DNA of 60,677 nucleotides from an uncultured euryarchaeote (GTDB lineage Archaea > Thermoplasmatota > Poseidoniia > Poseidoniales > Poseidoniaceae), in the NCBI GenBank assembly GCA_963991835.1, contig CAXDRT010000001.1:1-60677 (forward strand), read 5' to 3'. A model generated the notes under the pieces. It had not been told where the DNA came from and made no database searches. It saw nothing but the letters and a program-made list of their open reading frames with translations. Positions 1 to 9,059 of the stretch are shown in pieces. Numbering within the stretch: position 1 is the first letter of the stretch; the number at the start of each line of letters is the position of its first letter. Position numbers and translations under genes: made by a program.

Positions 1-288
1 CTCTCCAAAAGAACCAGCCTCGCGAGTGATATCGCATACGAAGTTCGCAGAGGATGGGCTGAACCTTACGGTGAAGCGATTGCTTTGACTTCAACAGATG
101 GCCTTGAGTCAAGTCTTGATTGGACAATATACCCAGGTAGGCTTGATCTTTTATCAGATTATGTAGGATGGGTCCCTGATCCTGGTTTTGGTACATCTGA
201 ATCGATCTGGCATACCGCTGGTGAACCAATTCAATTTTCATTGCAAATTTCATCTCTTGATGCCTACGTTGCGGAGGTGATTGCTTGA
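1..288 (+). CDS. hypothetical protein, C-terminal fragment (5' end outside window)
   Basis: Frame 1 is open from nt 1 to the TGA at 286-288. The tracked 67-aa ORF simply starts at an internal TTG. No recognisable motif. The stop overlaps the TTG start of the next ORF (TTGA at 285-288). Confidence 0.4.
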   Translation, partial: LSKRTSLASDIAYEVRRGWAEPYGEAIALTSTDGLESSLDWTIYPGRLDLLSDYVGWVPDPGFGTSESIWHTAGEPIQFSLQISSLDAYVAEVIA

Positions 289-755
289 GACAATCGCAAC
301 TCCAACGTAGGACTGAGGCTGCTGCAACTGAACTTGGATACGTGTTCACATTCTTACTCGGAGTCTTACTCCTCACAATGTTCAGTCTTTGGATATATGA
401 TATCGAAACTGCAACTCGCGAACGTTGGAACGAAGAAGCAATTGATGCCAATATGAACGACCTTGCTTCTGCGATTGAACGAACAGATACTGCAAGTCGT
501 ATTGACAACACATCCTATGCGGAAAGGGTCTATTGGAGAGCAACAGAAGCAGATGAGTCTCAATTTACTCTTGAATTAACAGATACACAGTTGATTTTGT
601 ACGATGCAGGGGGGGAACTTGATACAGAACGATCATTGTCTGGAACAGGTGGATCACCCCATACAGGAACAGTCGAACTCGCAGGTGTGGAATACATCTG
701 GGTGGTTCACCATGAAGGCAAAATTTCTCTTGAATTGGACCGTCCGATGTTCTAA
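285..755 (+). CDS. small membrane-anchored protein with type IV pilin-like (class III signal peptide-like) N-terminus
   Basis: 156 aa. The N-terminus QRRTEAAATELGYVFTFLLGVLLLTMFSLWIY is a charged stretch followed by ~22 hydrophobic residues, and the rest is hydrophilic. The TTG start overlaps the upstream stop. Family assignment is pattern-based only. Confidence 0.45.
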   Translation: MRQSQLQRRTEAAATELGYVFTFLLGVLLLTMFSLWIYDIETATRERWNEEAIDANMNDLASAIERTDTASRIDNTSYAERVYWRATEADESQFTLELTDTQLILYDAGGELDTERSLSGTGGSPHTGTVELAGVEYIWVVHHEGKISLELDRPMF

Positions 756-3274
756 CGGCCCATAACTGCAGAATGAACCTGAGCTTGTACTTCTCGCATT
801 CGAGTTCGTGCACCTAATTCTCGAAACACTGCTAGGGCTCGTTGTAAGTATTCCATTCTACGTTGACGATCCGGAGCTACACCACCAAGTTTAGACAATA
901 ATTCACCTATTTGCATCCGCAAATCGTTTGCTTCTGCGATGATGAGTGCTTCTCGATACCGTTCCAGAGCTTCTTCACTGCGACCACTGTCTTCCAAAAC
1001 TTCTCCTAACAAGATTGTGATTTCAACCAAAGAAACAGGGTCTCCTGCATCAGACATCACATTGAGTGACTCCGAATAATGATGAAGAGATGTTTCTGAG
1101 TCATTCATTTTGGCATGATATCTTCCCAGGAGTGCTTGAGCGCGGGCATGGAGTAACAGGTCCTCACCTTCGTCTGTTCGTTCAAATGCCTCGAATGCAT
1201 GCTGTCTTGCTCGCTCCACTTCACCAAGATCAAGCAGTGCTCTCCCCAAAATAATCTGAGCACCCAGTAAGGAATGATCGTTTGAGAGAATCGATTCAAC
1301 TTCAGAATATGCTGCCAATGCCTTTGATTTGTCATTCTTTCTACGATACAAATACCCCATGTTGTTGTAGGTTCTAGCAGCCCCTTTTGAATCGCCTAAC
1401 TTCACCTGAACTTCAAGTGCCTGTTTGTGAGATTCAAGAGCAGAATCTGTTTTGCCTTGCTTCATGGCGATATCAGCCTGGGACCCAAGAATCTCAGAAA
1501 AAATTACTTCAGAACCTGCCGATTGTGATGCGGAACTTGCATGCTCGAAAGTTGTTGAAGCTTGCTCAAATCGACCTAACATGAGCAATATATCACCTTG
1601 AAGTTGAAGCATTGGAGCCAGTATCTTTGGCTTGAGGCCGTCCGTATTCACTTGCTCGATGAGACTAAGAAGTTCAAGGTGACCTTGTGAAACGATATCA
1701 CGACCAAATTCTACAATCTTAGAGATCGCTTCTTTTTGGTGGTCGGATGCAAGTTCATGGTAGATTTGTTCAAGTGTGGCTTCTGAACTCTTTGCCTGTT
1801 TTGCATAATATGCTGCACAACTGTTGTGAACTTCTTTCTTAGTTCGCTCGTCTAAACTTTGAAGTAAAAATTCACGAATCAAATCGTGCACGTCAAATAC
1901 ATCTGTGTCAACTTGCCTTGCTAGACCTTGCTCGACTAAACTATCCAAGACATCAACGTCAAGTTCGTGGGCAAGTAATGCTTCGAGCGTTACAGATTCC
2001 CTGAAGATTGAGAGTACAGTCAGTACTCGCTTTTGTTCTGCTGTAAGTTTCGAGAAAATTTCCTTCGTAACATAATGCTCGAGTGTGTCGTGAAATGCTC
2101 CCGCTGAAGCACCTCTGTTAATCAATTCCAACACAAGTGGATGGCCTCGAGATAACCCATGGATGTGAAGCCATTGCTCAGTGGAAAGATCATCAAAGCC
2201 TGAAAGTATATGCCGTGCAGATTCTGAATCCAATCCATCAAGTGGCAATACCAAACTGGTAATTCTTCCTTCTGCATCTTTTGTTGGAACAACAGGTTTG
2301 AATGAGCGTGAGAAGATAACGAGTCCAATTGACTCTTCACTACCCAACAAACCAAGCGTCATCGATTGAATGGTTTGGAATAAAATGGGATCTGAGACTT
2401 TATGAAAATCATCAATCACGATTAATGTAAGAGTATTTTCTAACGAGTCAACTAAAATTCGTGCTGCATCATCTGGTTTTGGAACTGGTGTTGCTGCAAG
2501 ATAATCTGAAAAAGATGAATCTCCAATGTTGAGTAACCAGTCTGCTATTGCCTCAAACATGGCACGAGACCCTTCCCAATCTTGGCAACGATGATACAAT
2601 AGATTTCTTCTATGCATAAACCGTTCAATCAATTTAGCAGCAATTGTTGTTTTACCAATACCAGCTATACCAGGAACGAGTAGAGTTGTAGCTCTTGCCT
2701 CAAGCAAATTGACCATGTTATCAAGTTCTTTTTCACGGCCATAGAAATGACGTAACCTCGGAAGGTCACCCAGAGAGGTTACCAACTGTTTCTCAACTTG
2801 CTTCGATAAATCACGTTCTATGAGATCTTCTGTAAGTGGGCGGACATCGAGAATTAAATTATCATCAAGATAACGAATAATATCAACGGGTCTCATTGCA
2901 AATGGTAGAACTTCATGAGCAGAACCCAGAGTGGTGGTCAACGCCTCACCATCAGAACCTATGCAGCGAAATTGGAATTGACGAAGTCGCTCCCAGGTAT
3001 CTTCTGCGGCTATAATTCCTGAGTCAGTCAAAAAATACGCTTTTCGTTTTCGACTAACACCATGTACGTGAGCTTGTCGTTCTACGAGTAGGCCTTGGTC
3101 TCTTAATCCAGATATTGCACGAGGTACATTTGAACGTGCAATCGCTACAGCGTTTGCAATTCCCATTTGTGAAAGTGAAAATGGAACCTCCACTTTTTCC
3201 TTGAAATCTGCATAATCAAGCAGATGCAACAGGATTTTTTCCTGTACCCCAGGTTTGGCAATCATCAGATCCAC
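752..3274 (-). CDS. wHTH - STAND/AAA-type NTPase - TPR repeat regulator
   Basis: 840 aa. The N-terminal winged-HTH-like segment is SQMGIANAVAIARSNVPRAISGLRDQGLLVER. Walker A is LLVPGIAGIGKTTIAAKL (nt 2645-2674) and Walker B-like is LTLIVIDDFHKV. The C-terminal ~280 aa are TPR-like repeats (AARTYNNMGYLYRRKNDKSKALAAYSE, LLGRYHAKMNDSETSLHHYSESL, ALERYREALIIAE). The start lies 7 nt downstream of the stop of the 1445-aa adhesin gene. Confidence 0.8.
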   Translation of the reverse strand: MDLMIAKPGVQEKILLHLLDYADFKEKVEVPFSLSQMGIANAVAIARSNVPRAISGLRDQGLLVERQAHVHGVSRKRKAYFLTDSGIIAAEDTWERLRQFQFRCIGSDGEALTTTLGSAHEVLPFAMRPVDIIRYLDDNLILDVRPLTEDLIERDLSKQVEKQLVTSLGDLPRLRHFYGREKELDNMVNLLEARATTLLVPGIAGIGKTTIAAKLIERFMHRRNLLYHRCQDWEGSRAMFEAIADWLLNIGDSSFSDYLAATPVPKPDDAARILVDSLENTLTLIVIDDFHKVSDPILFQTIQSMTLGLLGSEESIGLVIFSRSFKPVVPTKDAEGRITSLVLPLDGLDSESARHILSGFDDLSTEQWLHIHGLSRGHPLVLELINRGASAGAFHDTLEHYVTKEIFSKLTAEQKRVLTVLSIFRESVTLEALLAHELDVDVLDSLVEQGLARQVDTDVFDVHDLIREFLLQSLDERTKKEVHNSCAAYYAKQAKSSEATLEQIYHELASDHQKEAISKIVEFGRDIVSQGHLELLSLIEQVNTDGLKPKILAPMLQLQGDILLMLGRFEQASTTFEHASSASQSAGSEVIFSEILGSQADIAMKQGKTDSALESHKQALEVQVKLGDSKGAARTYNNMGYLYRRKNDKSKALAAYSEVESILSNDHSLLGAQIILGRALLDLGEVERARQHAFEAFERTDEGEDLLLHARAQALLGRYHAKMNDSETSLHHYSESLNVMSDAGDPVSLVEITILLGEVLEDSGRSEEALERYREALIIAEANDLRMQIGELLSKLGGVAPDRQRRMEYLQRALAVFRELGARTRMREVQAQVHSAVMGR

Positions 3275-3281
3275 TCACCGT

Positions 3282-6200
3282 TTATTGTGAAGGTTGTTGG
3301 TAATTTGGATCTGGGACCCATTGATTCGATTCTTGGTCCCATAGCCATCCAGGATGCTGACCAGAGGCTTCAGCCGCCTCAGGTTGAACTTGTTGTATAA
3401 CTACCTGTTGCGGTTGCTGTGGTGCAGAAGTTTCTACGACATCTTTGCGACCCCATGCATATGGATCTTCTTCGACAACTTGTTGATTTTCAGTTTCAAA
3501 TGCTTCCTCTTCAATGTCTTCAAGTTCAATGAAGAAGAACCCAATAGCCCCAAGTAGGACAAGAGCTGCAACAACCAACCCAATGATGAGCAATAAATTT
3601 CCACCATCATCTTCAGCACCAACTGCGACATTGAACCCTGTTGGATCGTTTGTGCCTCCGAATGTTTGGCCATCCATTTCAAACTTGATTTCATTTGAAG
3701 CATCATTCATGTCTTGCAAGGTAAGTTCCATCGACCAGATACCATTGTCACCAACAACAACAGATTTTACAAATGTTGAGCTTGAAACGGTACGTGCTTC
3801 AATTCTGCTTCCAGGCAATCCAGTTCCGTTAAAGACAGCAGGATCATCAGCAGTTACTGACTCACCAGCATCCATTCGCTGTGCATTGAATTCAATGGAT
3901 TGAACAAAGAATGTAACACCCTCTGAGTAAATCACTGAATCTTGAGTATCTCGAACAACGAATCGAACGTTTTCAAGAGTCCATTTGTCAATTTCCTCAT
4001 CTGTTCGCGATGTTGCTGGATCGTATCTGGCAACACCATTACTATCAATGACAACATAAACTGGATGCAAATTATCATCTGAAACTGTTGGGTCATCGAC
4101 GAAATCGATACTCAGTTCATCAAATCCACCATCAGGATCTGAGAAGAAATCCTTCAAATCGATAGAAGCGCCACCACCACATTGGTTTTCGGATGAGGAA
4201 TCTTTGACACAGAAAATTGGGATCGTATTCTTCCAGTTTGTTCTATCGAATTGTGGAGGGATATTGTTCTCATCTGTTGGCTTATCGATGGTGATTCGAA
4301 CTACATCAGAAACTGAATAATCTTCACCATCGTAAGCTTTGACACTTATTTCATACTGACCTTGGTGGTCGAGTTTACTCGTGTCCCACAAAGCAGTCCA
4401 TGTGTATCCAGGACCTGTCTTAATGAAATCAGTTACAGGTCCAGGGCCATTGTTGAGAATCAATCCACTTGCAAGGTCTGTGATGACGATTTCAACACGA
4501 GTAATCGTTCCATCAGCACCATCACTTGCAAATCCAATCAAGGTCGTGTTCGTGCTTGCACGAACTGTTTGTGTACCGTCTGGCTCAAGTAAATCAACGA
4601 TTGGAATGATGTTATCGTTCACGACAATGACTGTTCTTGTTTGAACAACACAGATATCTTGCTCATCATCACAGTAGTCACTGTCACTCGCCCAAACTTC
4701 GAAATGATATTCACCCGATTCAAGTTCATCGAAATTCCATTGATAAGCCCATGCGACTGTACCGTCAATTGCAAAGTGAGAACTGTATCCATTCGGTCCA
4801 GTTACATCAAACCAGACATCTTGGATATCGGATCCCCAAGTACCTGAATACGGGTCAGAAGCAGTTCCTGTGAAGAGGATTTTACCGTTCGTGTGTGTTG
4901 AACCATCAAGAGGTTCGTTGAGGTATAGTGTAGGAGGTACGAGGTTAAGTTTGAATTTTCGTACTTCAATTGGAGAGTAATCAAGACCATCGTATGAACG
5001 GATTCTGAATGTTACATCGCTTTCACCTTCAGGATGAGCTGATAGGTCCCATTCAAATGACCAGGACTTGAATGGATGATTTTCTTTTGTCAACTCTCCA
5101 TTAGCACCTGATGTATCAACCGCATAATACCAATCTGAACTGCCTGGTGGTTGAATCTCTACACGATCAACCAAGCCAAATTGAAGTTGATTAGCCAGAT
5201 AATCGGTCTGACCACCTAGTTGTCCATCCCAAGCAGATCCAGTAATAACGGCATTGATCGCAAACGAATCCCCATCGTATTGTTCAATTGTCACTCCTGG
5301 GCGGAGGTTATCAAGATTGATAATATCGTCAACAGGTCCACTCAAAACGAAGTTGAAATCCTTCTTTCCTTTGTTGAATTTGTATGCTTCGACGATATAG
5401 AATGGTAATTCTCTACCGTTTACACAGTCTGTATCTGCATCATCGACGTAGGTATCACCATCGTTGTCATAACCATCAGAACAGGTATCTTCTGTCACGA
5501 CAATTGGATTTCCATCATCATCGAGAGCACCAGGTATTGTGACATCAGACTCTCCCACGATGTGATTCCAATTTCGATCCAACAGGAAATCTGATGGAAG
5601 AGACACTTGTTGAGTAAATCCAAATTCATCGGTTGTGAGTTCATACATCGGCAGTCCTGTAGCATCTTTGATGATGACCGTTGCACCTGCAACGTTGCTG
5701 TTCTTAGCTTTCACTTGATAGCGAACAAGTTCACCTTCTCGAACTTGAGAACCCCAAGCAGAGTTCTGATTTTGAACGTGAACTTTCGTAGCATCAAAAT
5801 TCTGCAAATCAGCAAAAGAGAACACTGTCGAGTTGTTTACCAATTCAATTGCGAGCGGCATGTCTCGAGGAGGCATGATGCTCGTATCAGGAAGCAACAA
5901 ACACTCAGATTGTACAAAGGGGCACTCAGCACCTTGCCATGAGAGCATTACTGGGTGCGTGTATCCACCTTGTACATCTGGAATATATTCTGACTGAACG
6001 GTTACTCTTGACTCAGAGATGTTGTAAATTTGTGTGGCATTTGTCCAAGTGTTGCCTGAAAAGTAACCAATTGAACCAAATTTAGATCCATACTTGTTAT
6101 CAAAATGACTGATATTGGCTGCAAACTGTCCTGCTTCAATTGTATTGTCTTGGACGTTTACAATTGAACCCTTGATTCGAATTCCATCACCTGCGTTTCC

Positions 6201-7619
6201 AGTAACAGTGTTACCTACGATTGTAGCAGATGCCATAAAGATATGAATTGCAGGGCATTGGAAATCGCCGCCGTACATCCAAACGGAGTTACAAACTCCT
6301 GTGTTGTTGGCAACGATGTTGTTTGCGATGTATGCACGATTAGGTGAAGGGCTTGGGTAGTTACTTCCGCTATCCTGATAGAGGTATTCACCAATCTTAA
6401 TCGATTCCTTAGCGATATTAGTAATAGTATTGTTCTCGAGTTCTACATCAGAACTTCCAAACACCCAGAAGCCGTTGTAACCAGTGATTGGACCAATCGT
6501 GTTCTGATGAGCACTTACTGTCGAATCACGAATACCAAATCCGGAACCTTGTGCTGCTCCTGTAATCGTATTACCAGTTGCAGAGATAATTGAACCATCA
6601 TAAGCAGTAATTCCAGCACCATCACCAGTTGTGATTTGATTGTTATCGACATAGAGTGTGTGTGAATAATCACCGGTCATCTTGTGAGAATTGGTGTCAA
6701 TACCGTTGCATTTTACGTCAAGTGTTGAATTTCCAAAGGAACCTGATGAACCCCGAAGGAACACACCCTGTGCATTATCCTTGATATCGAGATTATCTAG
6801 TTCAATGAAGGAATCTTCGGAATAGATTAAACTTATTCCATCCTCACAAGAAGCATCAGCATCGCCTGTGAATTCTGAGCCAGTGATGCTGAATTTGGAC
6901 AAGATACCAGCACCTGCGCTGAATGCTTCGACACCAGGACCGTTGTACCCAAGTCCATCAACTCCAAGACTAAAGGTTGAGTCTCTTATCGATGGTGCGG
7001 CTAGATCTATTGCAATCAAGTTTGTCGTATTGATATCAGAAAAGCCGAGATTATCTGCTGTTGCGGATGAACCGTCAAAAATGAGTGCTGCATACTTCAC
7101 AACCTGCAATGAACTTACATAGACTGGTGTACCGTAAGCTTTGTCGAATTGGACGTGAGACAGACCTGTTGATGCTTGGTTGATTGTATTTCGAATCATA
7201 ACACCAGAACCGCATGCAGCATCTGGGTTGTTCAACAAATTATTCCCTTGAACACTGCATCGTCCGACTATAGATGTATCAGCAGGGGCATACCAACTCA
7301 AGCGGACTGGAGAGGAAGCGCTAGCCTGACTGGCACCACAAGAAGCCGAACCTGCACAGATCGCACCCTCGACTTCAATGAAAGCACCCGCTTTGATGTT
7401 AACAGTCGTACCAGCATTGATGACAAGTTTGGCACCTTCCGCTACAATGACGTCACCTGTAACGGTGTGAGTACCGCTCCAAGTCTCTGTTGTGGTGATC
7501 GTTCCGCTAGAAGTCTCGTTTACAGCACTTACCGCTGGTACGGTCATAAGACCCATCAATAACGATGTGAGTAGTAATCCTACTAAACCGACACTTTTTC
7601 CTGTATTTGTGAATCTCAT
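3282..7619 (-). CDS. giant secreted beta-helix (PbH1/NosD-like repeat) surface protein with C-terminal TM anchor
   Basis: 1445 aa. Signal peptide is GLVGLLLTSLLMGLMTVPAVSA. It has many parallel beta-helix type repeats (NNQITTGDGAGITAYDGSIISATGNTITGAAQGSGFGIRDSTVSAHQNTIG; GNTVTGNAGDGIRIKGSIVNVQDNTIE). A Cys-bounded acidic motif CSDGYDNDGDTYVDDADTDC sits at nt 5424-5483. Ig-like modules follow (LNEPLDGSTHTNGKILFTGTASD). The C-terminal TM is LLLIIGLVVAALVLLGAIGFFFI, followed by an acidic/W-rich tail. SD-like GAGGA lies ~8 nt upstream of the ATG. Confidence 0.8.
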   Translation of the reverse strand: MRFTNTGKSVGLVGLLLTSLLMGLMTVPAVSAVNETSSGTITTTETWSGTHTVTGDVIVAEGAKLVINAGTTVNIKAGAFIEVEGAICAGSASCGASQASASSPVRLSWYAPADTSIVGRCSVQGNNLLNNPDAACGSGVMIRNTINQASTGLSHVQFDKAYGTPVYVSSLQVVKYAALIFDGSSATADNLGFSDINTTNLIAIDLAAPSIRDSTFSLGVDGLGYNGPGVEAFSAGAGILSKFSITGSEFTGDADASCEDGISLIYSEDSFIELDNLDIKDNAQGVFLRGSSGSFGNSTLDVKCNGIDTNSHKMTGDYSHTLYVDNNQITTGDGAGITAYDGSIISATGNTITGAAQGSGFGIRDSTVSAHQNTIGPITGYNGFWVFGSSDVELENNTITNIAKESIKIGEYLYQDSGSNYPSPSPNRAYIANNIVANNTGVCNSVWMYGGDFQCPAIHIFMASATIVGNTVTGNAGDGIRIKGSIVNVQDNTIEAGQFAANISHFDNKYGSKFGSIGYFSGNTWTNATQIYNISESRVTVQSEYIPDVQGGYTHPVMLSWQGAECPFVQSECLLLPDTSIMPPRDMPLAIELVNNSTVFSFADLQNFDATKVHVQNQNSAWGSQVREGELVRYQVKAKNSNVAGATVIIKDATGLPMYELTTDEFGFTQQVSLPSDFLLDRNWNHIVGESDVTIPGALDDDGNPIVVTEDTCSDGYDNDGDTYVDDADTDCVNGRELPFYIVEAYKFNKGKKDFNFVLSGPVDDIINLDNLRPGVTIEQYDGDSFAINAVITGSAWDGQLGGQTDYLANQLQFGLVDRVEIQPPGSSDWYYAVDTSGANGELTKENHPFKSWSFEWDLSAHPEGESDVTFRIRSYDGLDYSPIEVRKFKLNLVPPTLYLNEPLDGSTHTNGKILFTGTASDPYSGTWGSDIQDVWFDVTGPNGYSSHFAIDGTVAWAYQWNFDELESGEYHFEVWASDSDYCDDEQDICVVQTRTVIVVNDNIIPIVDLLEPDGTQTVRASTNTTLIGFASDGADGTITRVEIVITDLASGLILNNGPGPVTDFIKTGPGYTWTALWDTSKLDHQGQYEISVKAYDGEDYSVSDVVRITIDKPTDENNIPPQFDRTNWKNTIPIFCVKDSSSENQCGGGASIDLKDFFSDPDGGFDELSIDFVDDPTVSDDNLHPVYVVIDSNGVARYDPATSRTDEEIDKWTLENVRFVVRDTQDSVIYSEGVTFFVQSIEFNAQRMDAGESVTADDPAVFNGTGLPGSRIEARTVSSSTFVKSVVVGDNGIWSMELTLQDMNDASNEIKFEMDGQTFGGTNDPTGFNVAVGAEDDGGNLLLIIGLVVAALVLLGAIGFFFIELEDIEEEAFETENQQVVEEDPYAWGRKDVVETSAPQQPQQVVIQQVQPEAAEASGQHPGWLWDQESNQWVPDPNYQQPSQ

Positions 7620-7688
7620 TTCAATTCCTCTAAACCTTCGGAGAACCTGAACGAATATAATACTGCGCCCATGCCGACTGTCATTAAA

Positions 7689-7756
7689 ATATCATAAATA
7701 CCTAAAAGTATCAATTATAAGCCTTCAATAATATCATTTTACTCCAATAATATCAT
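7689..7756 (-). promoter_or_regulatory. AT-rich upstream region of the adhesin gene with direct repeats (CAATAATATCAT x2, ATATCAT x3)
   Basis: CAATAATATCAT occurs at 7726-7737 and 7745-7756 (19-nt spacing), with a further ATATCAT at 7689-7695. The region lies 70-137 nt upstream of the ATG at 7619, and TATA-like AATATAATA is at 7654-7662. Function not established. Confidence 0.25.
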
Positions 7757-7799
7757 ACTAGAAACCAATATTGATCTGTTGATAGAGCGGTATATTTGC

Positions 7800-9005
7800 T
7801 CAGCAGTCTATTGTTGATGGAATAGAATCCATCCATGCTTTAGCATCGAGAACACCATATCCTTTGCGTGTATCATGCGTCATGTCGGGTGAAAGTGATG
7901 AGGCCAGAGATGATTTTACAAGTTCAATACAATCGGTTCCAGATTCATTTGTTCGCTTTAATTCAGGATGTTCTTCAAGAATCAATGCAAGAGCTCCTGC
8001 GACAAATACCGTAGCATCGGAGGTCCCACTAGAGGAATACCATTCATCGTTCATTCCAGTTGATACAATAGAAACACCTGGAGCGGTTAATTCTGGTTTC
8101 TGATTGGGGTACTCTCGTAGATTACCGTCTGAATCGACTTGCTCTCCAGCTGAAGATTTTGACCAAACTTCATTGAAGCGATCTGATGCACCAACTGTAA
8201 TAGCTAGATGGACGTTACCAGGAGCACTAACAAAACCATCATCTGATGAACCACCATCATTTCCTGCTGCTGCAACCACGTAGATTCCAAGATCGAGTGC
8301 TTGTCGAGTGGCGGAAACTGTTGCGCCTTCTCGTGAGGCTTCTTGATTTTGTTCACCTCCTAGGGAAAGCGAGATAATATCCGCTTCAAAATCAAAAATA
8401 CACCACCGGATGGCAGAGGCGACTCTTGATTCAGAACCTGTATTCTCGTCACCATCTGCACTTAGAGCAGCTGCCATTCCAAGAGTAATCCCCTGTGCGA
8501 TACCATCTTGATATCCTGAAGAAATGAGGAGACCAGCCATGAGCGTACCGTGCGAAATCGAACCGTAATCAACTGGAGACACTTCACTACCGACAAAGTC
8601 CTTGAACTCAATCGTTGTTCCTGCGAGAGCTGAATGAGTTAGAGAGATACCAGTATCGACCATGCAGAGTCTTACGTCATCACCTGTCAGACCGTCTTGT
8701 TGTAATTCTCGAATGTTAGTATCTTCGAAGGCCCACTCTGATGAAGGTGGAGGTAATTCCAAGATAAGAAGATCCGATTGCCAGAGAATCACGATAAGTG
8801 CCATCACCAAAGCAATGACTGCACCAGAAACAACTGATAACACTCTTCTCGGTCGAATTGATACTGGCTCTGGTATTACGGGCGCCCACCCAGTTACCTC
8901 CGCTCTCCATTGATCTTGGAAACCTCGTGTACTGGGGTCAATCGCGGAAAGAATTCTGGGCTCACCTGGCTCAGGGAGCAACTCTATTCCTTGAAGTTCC
9001 TCCAT
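7800..9005 (-). CDS. membrane-anchored subtilisin-like serine protease (peptidase S8)
   Basis: 401 aa. The catalytic triad contexts are CMVDTGIS (Asp), SISHGTLMAGLL (His) and SSSGTSDATVFVAGALALI (Ser), with the oxyanion Asn in AAAGNDGG. A single N-terminal TM is VLSVVSGAVIALVMALIVILW (signal anchor, N-in). Confidence 0.85.
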   Translation of the reverse strand: MEELQGIELLPEPGEPRILSAIDPSTRGFQDQWRAEVTGWAPVIPEPVSIRPRRVLSVVSGAVIALVMALIVILWQSDLLILELPPPSSEWAFEDTNIRELQQDGLTGDDVRLCMVDTGISLTHSALAGTTIEFKDFVGSEVSPVDYGSISHGTLMAGLLISSGYQDGIAQGITLGMAAALSADGDENTGSESRVASAIRWCIFDFEADIISLSLGGEQNQEASREGATVSATRQALDLGIYVVAAAGNDGGSSDDGFVSAPGNVHLAITVGASDRFNEVWSKSSAGEQVDSDGNLREYPNQKPELTAPGVSIVSTGMNDEWYSSSGTSDATVFVAGALALILEEHPELKRTNESGTDCIELVKSSLASSLSPDMTHDTRKGYGVLDAKAWMDSIPSTIDC

Positions 9006-9059
9006 CTTCCTCCCACAGAGGTGGGGCTCTTATGGTATCAAACCTTGTCTTCTTACGTA

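Noticed and set aside
752-3274. STAND-TPR protein considered as an Avs-like antiviral sensor
   Set aside because: The N-terminal domain is a winged HTH rather than a nuclease, protease, TIR or other effector. The neighbours are envelope genes, not defence genes, so a transcriptional switch is the more economical reading. This cannot be fully excluded without a homology search.
3514-7562. Several 70-130-aa plus-strand ORFs inside the adhesin gene (for example 3514-3903, 5607-5942, 7176-7562)
   Set aside because: They are antisense to a continuous 1445-aa ORF with a signal peptide, beta-helix repeats and a TM anchor. None has an independent motif or RBS.
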